Origin: a virus
Length of the DNA stretch: 64,000 nucleotides
Direction: 5' to 3' (one strand)
Virus record (IMG/VR): IMGVR_UViG_3300031087_000001
Part shown: positions 8,685-17,490 of the stretch, one piece after another
How the letters are laid out: the number at the start of each line of letters is the position of its first letter
Numbering within the stretch: the stretch's first letter is position 1
Translations under genes and position numbers: made by a program
Notes under the pieces: model-generated
Database searches by the model: none
Told to the model about the DNA's origin: nothing
What the model saw: the letters and a program-made list of their open reading frames with translations, nothing else

Positions 8685-10049
8685 ATGAAGATTATTGAAT
8701 TTTACACCTCGTTCCTGAAATCACAGGGTTACGGGTTCGATGGTGATTTGTTAACTGTTGACGGTGACCAGCCTGCTGAGTTCACCTACAACAAAGTGAA
8801 GCGCCGCCTGGCGCTTCCTACCCCTGCCATGATTAAGCAGGGTCTGGAGGATGCAGAGGGTCGTGAGTGTCACGCCTTCCATCCGCTGTGTGAATCGATT
8901 CTGTCGGGTGAATCCGGCACTATCCGTTTCCTGAAGAACAGCATCCGCACCAATCTGTTCCTGCGCAACTTCGAACTGATTGACGCGATTCTGGAAACTG
9001 CGGCCGCCGGTAAATCTGTGCGTCTGGCAGGGTACAAGAAGTTCATGAGCGACATCATCTGCGAAGGCATGAAAGAGCCGACCTTTGATGACCGTCTGGT
9101 GAAATCGTGGGAAACGGTGAAGGCGTACGTGTACAACTTGTTGGAGAAAGACAAGAAGTATAAAGTGACGAACATCTTCATCAGCCCATCGATGGAAATT
9201 GACGGTGCGAAGTTCCACCGCGTGGCGAACTATAAGCACATGTTCGAAGAAGAGTCGCTGGACGGTACCGCAACCTATTTCGGTGCGAAGCTGCAGCGTA
9301 AGCAGGACAAGGTGATTATCCATCGCCTGCTGTCTACACTCTTCGGCTGGTATCCAAGTGTGGTGGGGTCTAACGATTCCCGTCCGTACTTCGGTTGCCT
9401 GGCGCGTGGTTGGGCGCAGTATGTGGTCAACTACAATCTGGTGGTAAAAGGACTGCGTGACCATACGCATCTGAAAACCCTGGACGATGAGTGGATTTCA
9501 CAGCTCGACAACATGGAAGTGTACGACAACGTGATTCAGACGCTGCCGTATAACACCGGGCCGCGTTCTGATACGCCTGAAAAGGATACCAGTGCGCACG
9601 ACTTCCGGTTAGATCGCCAACCTGCGGGACAACAGATCCCGATGAAGAAAGCGTCGGATACGGCAAAAGCGCCAGAACTGGATGATGATGATCCGGTGGC
9701 CTTCTTCCGTAAACGTGCAGCAGTGACTAACGACCAGAACCCGCTGAAGAACCTCTCTCCTGCATTGCAACGCATGTACGAAGAGAAAGGCAACATTAAC
9801 CTTGACAAGCCAGAAGTGGCGAAAGTGTCACTGGTTGATGCCTTTGGCGGTAAGAAGGAAGAGAAGTCACTGAGTCTGCTGGGTAATTCCGGTGGATTAG
9901 GGGGCGGTGGTCTGGGAAGTCTGGACGGTGGTTTAGGCGGAGGCTTAGGCGGCGGTATGGGTGGTGGTCTTGGCGGCAGCAGCGGTGGCTTAGGCTCACT
10001 GCTGGGCGGTAGCGGCGGATCATTCAGCTCAGCGTTCAGCCGGGCATAA
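8685..10049 (+). CDS. Hypothetical protein (454 aa) with Gly/Leu-rich C-terminal tail
   Basis: AAGGA Shine-Dalgarno. The C-terminal 55 aa read GNSGGLGGGGLGSLDGGLGGGLGGGMGGGLGGSSGGLGSLLGGSGGSFSSAFSRA. A terminator follows. Confidence 0.85.
   Translation: MKIIEFYTSFLKSQGYGFDGDLLTVDGDQPAEFTYNKVKRRLALPTPAMIKQGLEDAEGRECHAFHPLCESILSGESGTIRFLKNSIRTNLFLRNFELIDAILETAAAGKSVRLAGYKKFMSDIICEGMKEPTFDDRLVKSWETVKAYVYNLLEKDKKYKVTNIFISPSMEIDGAKFHRVANYKHMFEEESLDGTATYFGAKLQRKQDKVIIHRLLSTLFGWYPSVVGSNDSRPYFGCLARGWAQYVVNYNLVVKGLRDHTHLKTLDDEWISQLDNMEVYDNVIQTLPYNTGPRSDTPEKDTSAHDFRLDRQPAGQQIPMKKASDTAKAPELDDDDPVAFFRKRAAVTNDQNPLKNLSPALQRMYEEKGNINLDKPEVAKVSLVDAFGGKKEEKSLSLLGNSGGLGGGGLGSLDGGLGGGLGGGMGGGLGGSSGGLGSLLGGSGGSFSSAFSRA
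9882..10046 (+). repeat. Coding low-complexity Gly/Leu-rich tail (55 aa)
   Basis: GNSGGLGGGGLGSLDGGLGGGLGGGMGGGLGGSSGGLGSLLGGSGGSFSSAFSRA. Confidence 0.9.
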
Positions 10050-10056
10050 AAGAAGG

Positions 10057-10087
10057 AAGAAGGGACTGGGCGTCCCTTCTTTTTTTA
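10057..10087. terminator. Bidirectional rho-independent terminator
   Basis: Stem AGAAGGGAC/GTCCCTTCT, then T7; A-rich on the other side. It lies between convergent genes ending at 10049 (+) and 10085 (-). Confidence 0.85.
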
Positions 10088-10408
10088 ATCTTCGATAATG
10101 GTCGAGAGAATGTCATTGACGACACCGGCATCTGGTACCAACAGTTCCGTGACCGCGGGTGTGAAGTTCATCGGGTCTTCCAACCCGTTGAGCAACATCA
10201 TGGGGTATACGATTGAAGCGTCGTAATCCTTGAGACGACAATAGGCATAGAAGTTGTGAATCTCCGGCCAGCTGTATCTCGGGTCAACAATCTCGGTTTT
10301 GGTCTTGGGGTGCTTACGCAGAAAGTCAGTGTAATCGTGTAACACTTTCCACGTTCTGGAATTGGGTGAAGGTATCACCTCGGATAGGGTAGCAAAGCTA
10401 TCGAGCAT
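10085..10408 (-). CDS. Hypothetical protein (107 aa), lone minus-strand gene
   Basis: ATG at 10408 is preceded on the minus strand by AGGAGAAGCGTG. The stop abuts the bidirectional terminator at 10057-10087. The sequence looks like a plausible globular protein. Confidence 0.7.
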   Translation of the reverse strand: MLDSFATLSEVIPSPNSRTWKVLHDYTDFLRKHPKTKTEIVDPRYSWPEIHNFYAYCRLKDYDASIVYPMMLLNGLEDPMNFTPAVTELLVPDAGVVNDILSTIIED

Positions 10409-10430
10409 CACGCTTCTCCTAAAATAAAAT

Positions 10431-10444
10431 AGATAGATATTATC
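10431..10444 (+). promoter_or_regulatory. Promoter-like element copy 3 (AGATAGATATTATC)
   Basis: Exact 14-mer, 32 nt upstream of ATG 10477 (RNAP beta C half), with AT-rich upstream sequence AAAATAAAAT. Confidence 0.6.
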
Positions 10445-10476
10445 CTACTGAGGTAACCATAAGGAGCATTTAGCGA

Positions 10477-12717
10477 ATGAAGACACCAGTCGAACTCATG
10501 AGTAGTGTGGCTGACCGTGAACCCGGTATCCCAATGGTATCCGGTGCGCGTGCATCAATGGTCGGTGGACATATGAAGTCGAATGTCCCGATTGACCATC
10601 CACAACCGTCACCCCACTTTACGGGTGCGGATGTAAACTACCATGACTTTGTCTTTAACGACATTGTTGAGGACAGTGGGACCACCTGCAGTTACATGAC
10701 CAAAGATGGGCGTCAACGTCGTGCAACGTTTGCACGATACGGTCGGCAGGGCGACTCTAAGGCATTGGAGTACGCTATCTTCTTTAAACGGGCTGAGCAA
10801 ACGATACAGAAGAAAACGATGATTGACGTGTTGGAGGTAAACTTCTACACCAACCACGACAACATCTTCTCCTCAGAGAAACGCGAAACGAATAAGTTAC
10901 GCTCACTCTTGAACGGGGAAACGGAACAGTTAGAAAAGGATGAAATCCTGACGACGTTCAACGCACTGAAAGACGGTGAGTTTGTCGACGGCGTCAGTTT
11001 GTCCACAGTCACGATGTCACACCCTGATATCATTGAAGATGCGTATACCATCTCCAAGACTGCGGCAGCGGCCATGCACGCGTTCGGTTTAAAGACCATC
11101 GAGTTCACCTTGCGTGACGATGAGTTCCTGCTGGATGCGTATGGCTTTAACGATCTCAACGGGGTACGGGTACCGCGCTATCTGCCAAACGTCGGCGAAG
11201 CAATTCGTGATGACGGTCTGGTGATTGCGGCCCGCCGGTTCGACAAGCTGTATGCGGCGATTGATACCACGCTGGGTGAGACGCAACACATCTCGCCACA
11301 CATGGATCGTTGCGAATATGTCGATGCCGATCCCGAGCATTACAAAGCGTCGCTGGAAAACGACTACGAGAAGATGGAGAAGACCGGTTCTCGCGTGGTA
11401 GACATTCAGGTCTGGCGTGATGAAACCAGTTGTAGCCACGGTGTCAACAATATCAATTGTACCGAAGAGAACAAACGTGAACTGGATAAGTACGCGCTGG
11501 CGCTGAAAGAGTATTATCGTGCCATCGTTCGCTTCTACTTCGCGATGTCCAAGGACAAGAGTATTGTCTGGTCACCGAAAGCCTGTGTGTTGCTGGACAA
11601 AGCATTTGCTTCGGAAACGTACGAAGTGTATGCCGAGTTCCGTGACGAAATCAAACAGGTTATCGACGAATCTATCCGTCGTGGTGAGTACGGTAAAGAT
11701 GGCGTGTCACAGCAGATTATCTCCAAGCTGACTTCTCCAGTGCAGCGTGGTCTGCGTGACCCTATCAATACCTACACCATCAAAATCGTCGTAAGCTATC
11801 CGATCCCGGTTACGGTGTCGTCGAAAATCACTGACCGCTCCGGTACCAAAGGTATCGTTGGTCGTGTGTTGGATGATGAGGATATGCCGATTAATGAATT
11901 CGGTGAACGTGTCCATGTTATCCGCTCGATGAACGCCGTGGTACGTCGCTCGACCTATGCTGCATTGTTCCACATGTATTGGTCAGCGGCTTCTGAACAG
12001 TTGAAGATGCGTATGCAACCGATGCTGGATCAGAATGATGTCGAAGGGGCCTGGAACGTGATGATGGATTATCTGGTGCGCTATAACCCGGACTGGGTAA
12101 ACGCACTGAATGCCACGCACGACACGGTCGAACTGAAGCGTAAACTCTTTGCGGAGATTTACGACTTCACCATTCGCATCTGGCTGCCACATGAGCTGGA
12201 TGACCTGCCGGTGGATATCTGCGAACGCTTAGGCGAGTTTAAGCCGAAGAAATCGAAACTCTTGATTACCAATTACGACGGTGAGAAAGAGTGGACGAAG
12301 AACGAGTTCTACGTGGGGTTAGTGGAAACGCTGCGCCTGGATAAAACCGGTCGTGAGTTCTCCAGTATCTCTTCCATGTACCTGAACTTTATGGGAACCA
12401 TCGATGCCTCTAACCAAGGTCGTGGGTCGTTCCCAATTAACCTCAAAGCTTTGAAGTGGGGTGGCCCGTCTGAGCACCGTCTGCTGGAAGGCTTTGGCCC
12501 AGGTAACTACGATGAAGCGCATAACCGCGCGAACGATCCGGCAGTACATCGCCAGATTGTTACCGGGCTGTTTAATTCTCCAACGCCAACGAACCCTGGC
12601 TATCTGGTTGACCGTAAGAAGTTCCCGATGGGTGATTCACAGGTTGACCGTATGATTCGTAACATCCATCGCGCCGAAGGGTTTGAGCTAATCCGTCCAG
12701 TACGGGAGGAGAAATAA
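10477..12717 (+). CDS. Split multisubunit RNA polymerase, beta-like C-terminal half
   Basis: DRSGTKGIVGRVLDDEDMPINEFGERVHVIRSMNAVVRRSTYAALF matches the beta active-site region (RHGNKGVxS...DMPF...PDIxLNPxGVPSRMNxGQ). IIEDAYTIS is comparable to GYNFEDSI. WGGPSEHRLLEGFG is comparable to GGQRFGEMEVWALEAYG. It is preceded by promoter-like copy 3. Confidence 0.85.
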   Translation: MKTPVELMSSVADREPGIPMVSGARASMVGGHMKSNVPIDHPQPSPHFTGADVNYHDFVFNDIVEDSGTTCSYMTKDGRQRRATFARYGRQGDSKALEYAIFFKRAEQTIQKKTMIDVLEVNFYTNHDNIFSSEKRETNKLRSLLNGETEQLEKDEILTTFNALKDGEFVDGVSLSTVTMSHPDIIEDAYTISKTAAAAMHAFGLKTIEFTLRDDEFLLDAYGFNDLNGVRVPRYLPNVGEAIRDDGLVIAARRFDKLYAAIDTTLGETQHISPHMDRCEYVDADPEHYKASLENDYEKMEKTGSRVVDIQVWRDETSCSHGVNNINCTEENKRELDKYALALKEYYRAIVRFYFAMSKDKSIVWSPKACVLLDKAFASETYEVYAEFRDEIKQVIDESIRRGEYGKDGVSQQIISKLTSPVQRGLRDPINTYTIKIVVSYPIPVTVSSKITDRSGTKGIVGRVLDDEDMPINEFGERVHVIRSMNAVVRRSTYAALFHMYWSAASEQLKMRMQPMLDQNDVEGAWNVMMDYLVRYNPDWVNALNATHDTVELKRKLFAEIYDFTIRIWLPHELDDLPVDICERLGEFKPKKSKLLITNYDGEKEWTKNEFYVGLVETLRLDKTGREFSSISSMYLNFMGTIDASNQGRGSFPINLKALKWGGPSEHRLLEGFGPGNYDEAHNRANDPAVHRQIVTGLFNSPTPTNPGYLVDRKKFPMGDSQVDRMIRNIHRAEGFELIRPVREEK

Positions 12718-14822
12718 TGCAAGGTCGTTCCGTCCATGTTCATCAATTACGTGCCCTGAACTCGGATCAGGTCTGGAAGCTCCGTGGTCGTTATTACGTG
12801 GAGTTTGATGACGGTAAGAAACTGGAAATGTCATCTCGGCACATCAAGCTGAGTTGGCCTTACTGGGGTATCTCGCGGTTCTATCCGCAGGTACCAACCC
12901 CGTCAACCCTGGCCTACCGTCCGGGTGAGGTGGCAACCGATGACCGACACATTGACTTCATGTCTGAGGCCAGTGTGTTGGCACGCAAAGCCGGTATCGA
13001 TCTCGCCGACACGCGTTACATCCTGAGCCAACATGTGTACGCTGATGCGTTCAACATGACGGTGAAGAACCTGCTCGCCTATTGTACCACCATCGACTAT
13101 GACACGATGATGGAAATCTACAACCACGACAACTTCAAGATTATCCGGGAATGGTCGAAAGTCTATCCGACCGGGTATGATGAAGAAGGCGTGGACATGG
13201 TGGAAGAAGCGTATAAGCTGATTGAGAAAATCTTCCAGGACCCAGCACTGAAATACAATCCGGTGGTGATGTCGGTACTTGACAAAACCATTAAGATGAA
13301 CCAGGTGCTCCAGGCATTCGTGCGTGGTAAAACGTCCGAGATTGACTCACGCGTTTATTCCAACCAGGTGTGGGAAGGTTTCTTCACCGGGATGCACTCG
13401 GTAATCAGCCGCCTCAAAGAGTCCGGTGCAACTTCACGTTCGCATCTGTATAACACAGATAAAATTGCCGAAGCAGAATACGCGTCACGTAAACTGCAGC
13501 TGGCGGCAAACGTGCTGATGTACTTCTCCTACGAAGACTGTGGTACGCACCATGTGCACCACCACACCTTCCAGGATGTGAAACTCGATGAGAAAGCATT
13601 CAAGTCGATGAAGGGGATGCGTTACCGCTTTGATGGCGAAACGGGTCCGTGGCGTCGGTTTGAAGAAGACGAGTTTGACAAAGTTGTCGGCAAGCCCATA
13701 GTGTTCCGCAGTGCCATGACGTGTAAACGCATGGCCGACCAGGGCATCTGTGCGGTCTGTATGGGGGACTTGATTTACAATCTGTCCGAAGGCACATCAC
13801 CGGGTCACCTGGCCTCTACCTCCATTTCGGAGAAGGGTACCCAGGGGATTCTGTCCACCAAACACCTGGACTTCTTGCGTTACCTGCTCAACCTCGTGTT
13901 GACGCCGCGCATGAAGGACTATATGGTCGAGTACAAGCACAATGCGGTCAAAGGCTTGTGTCTGCGTCCGAAGCCACAGTTTGGCGTGTGGGATGAATAT
14001 GAGCTGGTTGTTTCCGACAAGGTGTATTCCGAGTTGAGCCAGATTGCGTATCATGAACACCTGGATGATATTGATGAAACGGCACTGCCTGAAATCACCG
14101 ATCTCACGTTCTATCGTCGGGATGCGGATGGTCAGGTGTTGTCCGAAGAATCGGTGGATGTGCGCATGGGGGTTTGTGGGAACTTCTCTAAAGCCTTCTT
14201 GCATTTCTTCTTGAAGCATCGTGCTGACTTGCGCTTCCCTACCAAGAAAACGGTACACATTCCGTTGAAAGGCTGGTCGCAAAAGTTACCGGTGCTCATC
14301 TACACCAACCGTTCTGAATCGATGGCTGAGTTCGTGGCCGGACTGGAGACCAAACTCCGTTCTGTAGCGGCGGATAAGAACGATGAAGTCGTGGAGATTA
14401 TCAACGCCAACACGACGATGAAGATGAACAAGAAGCAGGGCAGAGTGAAACCAATTACTCTGGTAGAAATGGGTGGTGCGACGGAGAAACAGTGTACTTA
14501 TGCATTGTTCGACACGTTCAAATACATCCAACGTAAGCTGAACGGTATTCCGATGACGCATATTGCGATTATGCTCGCCATATCGCGTGTGGAATCTCCA
14601 ACGAACTCGTTCCCGGCAGTCGGCTTCGATAGCGAAGATGCGACGACCGTCTCCGGTAAACGTTTTGTGGACCACAATACGCTCATTGCGATTCGTTCCG
14701 CTGGCCCGATGTTGTTGTTCGAAGGTCAGCAAAACAACCTCGATAATGTCGGGTTCTATACAGACCATCAAGTTCCAGCCTCGCTGTATGACGGTGGGTT
14801 GGGTGCCGTGGTGGTGCATTAA
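12717..14822 (+). CDS. Split multisubunit RNA polymerase, beta-prime-like C-terminal half
   Basis: A bridge-helix-like segment is present: AEAEYASRKLQLAANVLMYFSYEDCGT (compare NSGYLTRRLVDVAQDxxVxxxDCGT). A trigger-loop region is also present: TCKRMADQGICAVCMGDL...GHLASTSISEKGTQGILSTKHLD (compare C..GVCxxCYGxDL..GEAVGxIAAQSIGEPGTQLTMRTFH). TAATG overlap with the beta gene. Confidence 0.85.
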   Translation: MQGRSVHVHQLRALNSDQVWKLRGRYYVEFDDGKKLEMSSRHIKLSWPYWGISRFYPQVPTPSTLAYRPGEVATDDRHIDFMSEASVLARKAGIDLADTRYILSQHVYADAFNMTVKNLLAYCTTIDYDTMMEIYNHDNFKIIREWSKVYPTGYDEEGVDMVEEAYKLIEKIFQDPALKYNPVVMSVLDKTIKMNQVLQAFVRGKTSEIDSRVYSNQVWEGFFTGMHSVISRLKESGATSRSHLYNTDKIAEAEYASRKLQLAANVLMYFSYEDCGTHHVHHHTFQDVKLDEKAFKSMKGMRYRFDGETGPWRRFEEDEFDKVVGKPIVFRSAMTCKRMADQGICAVCMGDLIYNLSEGTSPGHLASTSISEKGTQGILSTKHLDFLRYLLNLVLTPRMKDYMVEYKHNAVKGLCLRPKPQFGVWDEYELVVSDKVYSELSQIAYHEHLDDIDETALPEITDLTFYRRDADGQVLSEESVDVRMGVCGNFSKAFLHFFLKHRADLRFPTKKTVHIPLKGWSQKLPVLIYTNRSESMAEFVAGLETKLRSVAADKNDEVVEIINANTTMKMNKKQGRVKPITLVEMGGATEKQCTYALFDTFKYIQRKLNGIPMTHIAIMLAISRVESPTNSFPAVGFDSEDATTVSGKRFVDHNTLIAIRSAGPMLLFEGQQNNLDNVGFYTDHQVPASLYDGGLGAVVVH

Positions 14823-14825
14823 GTA

Positions 14826-14851
14826 GAGGGGCCATGTGCCCCTCTTTTTTT
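14826..14851 (+). terminator. Rho-independent terminator
   Basis: GAGGGGC...GCCCCTC stem followed by a T7 run. Confidence 0.85.
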
Positions 14852-14864
14852 GTAGAGGGGTAGC

Positions 14865-16571
14865 ATGGTCGAGATTCACATGACTTACACGAGTATGGGG
14901 GTAAGGGTAGAAATCCCCAACCGACAGATGGAGTCGGCCATACTCGGGTGGGCCGAAGAGAATATGCACGCCCCCAAAATGGGCAAGCAACAAGGTCGTA
15001 TCACCACCGAACGGGGGGATGCGTTCTATGTCCACATTCCTTCGCTGCGCACGTTCATTTTCCACAAGATGTTCGCCGAGCGGATTCAGGCGTTAATCCA
15101 GCGCGCATCTCTGGAATACAATATTCGTTATAACCTTTATCACCATCGGGTGGAGCGGAAAGCACCTTATCGCTGCAGTTTTGAAAACTACGGCTTTGAG
15201 ATGCTGGAGACCGATCCCGAGTCACGCTTCTACTATCAGAACGAGGTTGTGGATGCGGCGTGCGATGAGTCACGTCAGCAAACCATCTTTGCTATTCAGA
15301 CCGGTCGCGGGAAAACCAAAACCTGTATGAAAGTAATGGTAAAGAAAGGGGTGCGTACCTTGCTGATTCACCGACCCACGTATGTGTCTAAGTGGCTGTT
15401 TGACACCACAGAAGACCCTACAGGGCTGCGTGAAGATAAGGAAGGGGTATGGGTGGTGACGGGCGTACAAGCCGTCTATGAAGTGCTGGAGATGGGAGAA
15501 ACCGGGGAACTCGACCGTCGTGGGATTAAAATTATCATTATCCCCACGGTAACCCTGCAACGCTTCCTGAAAGAGTACATCAACACCGCGGCGACTAACC
15601 CGGTTAACCTGGACACGTTCTACGACACCCTGGGCGTGGGTCTGTTGGCCATGGATGAAGTGCACGAGCATTTCCATCTGGTTTATCAGGCAGGCATTAT
15701 GCTAAACCCGCCACCGAGTGTTGAAATGTCCGCGACCCTGACGCCGGGTGCCAGCAAAGCGTTTATTGCCGAGCGGTATCTGGAACGTTTCCCGCCTGAC
15801 CTGCGTATCTCGATCCCGGTGATTCCGGTGGTGCACGTACGTGCTTTATATTACACCATCGAAGACCGCAAGTTCGCATTCTGGGCGTCAAAGATGACCC
15901 CGTACAATCACAAGCTGTTCGAAGGGAAACTCATCAAAGAGAATCTCCACATCAGCTATGCGGAAATGTACTGGGACATGATTGAGAAAACTTACCTGAA
16001 AGAATACCAGGTCGGGCAGAAAATCCTGTGCATCTTTGCAACGGTGGCCATGTGTGAGTTCTTCACGGAGTTTGTGAAGGACAAGCTGGCGCAGTCGGAA
16101 ATGTTCCATGCGTTGATGGTGGCGAAGTTTAATGCGGGCGATTCGTATGACGACTTCATCTTAGCGGATATCTCTGTCTCCACACCGGGGAAAGCAGGTA
16201 CCGCGGTTGATAAGCCAGGGTTGGTACACATGTACATTTCGACCCCGGTTGAAGACCAACAGCTCAATGAGCAAATGGCCGGTCGTCCACGTAAAATCAT
16301 GCACAAGGATTGGGGTGAAATCGATCCGAAGGTGTGGTTGTTCCATTCGCACAATGTGCCGAAGCATTGCAACTATCTGAACTCGCGCCAGAAGTCACTC
16401 AGTGATGTGGTGTTGTCATTTAAGATTGCATCGTCTCCGTACGTCGTAAGGAAATCCAATGCTCACTCCGCCGCTTCCGCCCGCGCCAATGCCACCCTAT
16501 GCCGGGCTGACCTTAGCAAGTTTACTCGAAACCGTTTTAAAAGCGTATCCCGGCGTCGAAGACGTCGCTAA
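14865..16571 (+). CDS. DExH-box superfamily-2 helicase
   Basis: Motif I AIQTGRGKTKT, motif II LAMDEVHEHF, motif III MSATLTPG and motif VI QMAGRPRK occur in canonical order. Confidence 0.85.
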   Translation: MVEIHMTYTSMGVRVEIPNRQMESAILGWAEENMHAPKMGKQQGRITTERGDAFYVHIPSLRTFIFHKMFAERIQALIQRASLEYNIRYNLYHHRVERKAPYRCSFENYGFEMLETDPESRFYYQNEVVDAACDESRQQTIFAIQTGRGKTKTCMKVMVKKGVRTLLIHRPTYVSKWLFDTTEDPTGLREDKEGVWVVTGVQAVYEVLEMGETGELDRRGIKIIIIPTVTLQRFLKEYINTAATNPVNLDTFYDTLGVGLLAMDEVHEHFHLVYQAGIMLNPPPSVEMSATLTPGASKAFIAERYLERFPPDLRISIPVIPVVHVRALYYTIEDRKFAFWASKMTPYNHKLFEGKLIKENLHISYAEMYWDMIEKTYLKEYQVGQKILCIFATVAMCEFFTEFVKDKLAQSEMFHALMVAKFNAGDSYDDFILADISVSTPGKAGTAVDKPGLVHMYISTPVEDQQLNEQMAGRPRKIMHKDWGEIDPKVWLFHSHNVPKHCNYLNSRQKSLSDVVLSFKIASSPYVVRKSNAHSAASARANATLCRADLSKFTRNRFKSVSRRRRRR

Positions 16572-16842
16572 AGCGCTGTGCACCGACCCGACACTGCAAC
16601 CGGCGTTCCATTACTACATGGTCACCGAACACTTTGCCGGGTTAAAGATACTCCAGCGGGGCCTCACTTATTACATCACGCGTAACTCCAGTATCCGTAC
16701 GACAGCGTCGTACGAGCTGTACAGTTATGTGTTGTGGAATGAGAACCCCGCCGGGAGTGTCGACCAGAACCCGAAAATGGCCTACCAGCTGTTTTCAGAA
16801 AAGTGGCACGATTGGGTTACTGTCCCGCATGATGCCAGTTAA
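16459..16842 (+). CDS. Hypothetical protein (127 aa)
   Basis: ATG is preceded by TAAGGAAATCC. It overlaps the 3' end of the helicase ORF by 113 nt in another frame. Confidence 0.6.
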   Translation: MLTPPLPPAPMPPYAGLTLASLLETVLKAYPGVEDVAKALCTDPTLQPAFHYYMVTEHFAGLKILQRGLTYYITRNSSIRTTASYELYSYVLWNENPAGSVDQNPKMAYQLFSEKWHDWVTVPHDAS

Positions 16843-16851
16843 AAACAAAAC

Positions 16852-16874
16852 GGGTGTATATTGTGTATACACCC
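16852..16874 (+). other. 9-bp stem-loop without U-tract
   Basis: GGGTGTATA-ttgtg-TATACACCC lies between the stop at 16842 and ATG 16900. Confidence 0.4.
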
Positions 16875-16899
16875 AACCCTCCCAATAAGGAATATTTCG

Positions 16900-17490
16900 A
16901 TGAGTCGTGCCAAAAAATCCTCCGGTTTCAACCCTCGCCAGAACGCGCGTGACTACATCCGCAAGACGATGCAGGGTATCCTGTCTGTCAGTCTGCTGTT
17001 TGAAGACGAAACCAAAATTCTCTCCGCGAAGATTGACCAGGAAGCCGAAGTCTCCGGGACTATCGGTTACGAACCTCTGCGTCTGTTTACGCTGGAAAAG
17101 CTGGATGAAGCCAAAGCCGGTTTCATCGGGCTGATGAAAGAAGGCAAAGAAAAGCTGGACGCCCTGAACGTCGCAGCTGATGCCAAAGCCATGGAGCTGT
17201 TGAACCTGGTAAATGAAAACCGCTGGGATGCCATTAAACACACCTACCCGGTGTTGGAAATGGAGCTGGCGTCCTATGCCACCGATGCAACTATCATCGG
17301 TCAGCAGATTCAGGGTGCGGCCATTGAGATTCTGTCTCTGTACAATGGTCGTGTCAACTTTGTTAAGCAGGCTTTGAAAAACGATGTTGACTGGGAAGTC
17401 GCGCTGAAGATGCTGGCAGAAGCCGAAGCAGATCAGGCGAAACCGGTTGACGAAGCTGCTGAGACTGTCGAGGAAGCTGCACATGTCTGA
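16900..17490 (+). CDS. Hypothetical protein (196 aa), helical/acidic
   Basis: The track ORF 16861-17490 is trimmed to ATG 16900 (AAGGAATATTTCG upstream). The antisense ORF 16795-17484 is judged a shadow. Confidence 0.8.
   Translation: MSRAKKSSGFNPRQNARDYIRKTMQGILSVSLLFEDETKILSAKIDQEAEVSGTIGYEPLRLFTLEKLDEAKAGFIGLMKEGKEKLDALNVAADAKAMELLNLVNENRWDAIKHTYPVLEMELASYATDATIIGQQIQGAAIEILSLYNGRVNFVKQALKNDVDWEVALKMLAEAEADQAKPVDEAAETVEEAAHV

Noticed and set aside
10431-10444. Idea that the near-palindromic motif copy 3 also drives the divergent minus-strand gene 10085-10408
   Set aside because: The reverse complement (GATAATATCTATCT) does not match the forward consensus. All seven copies are in one orientation relative to their genes, so the element looks directional.
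8751-17484. Antisense ORFs 8751-9470, 13797-14282, 14286-15065 and 16795-17484
   Set aside because: Each lies wholly inside, or spans, well-supported + strand genes and terminators. None has an SD. They are judged non-coding.
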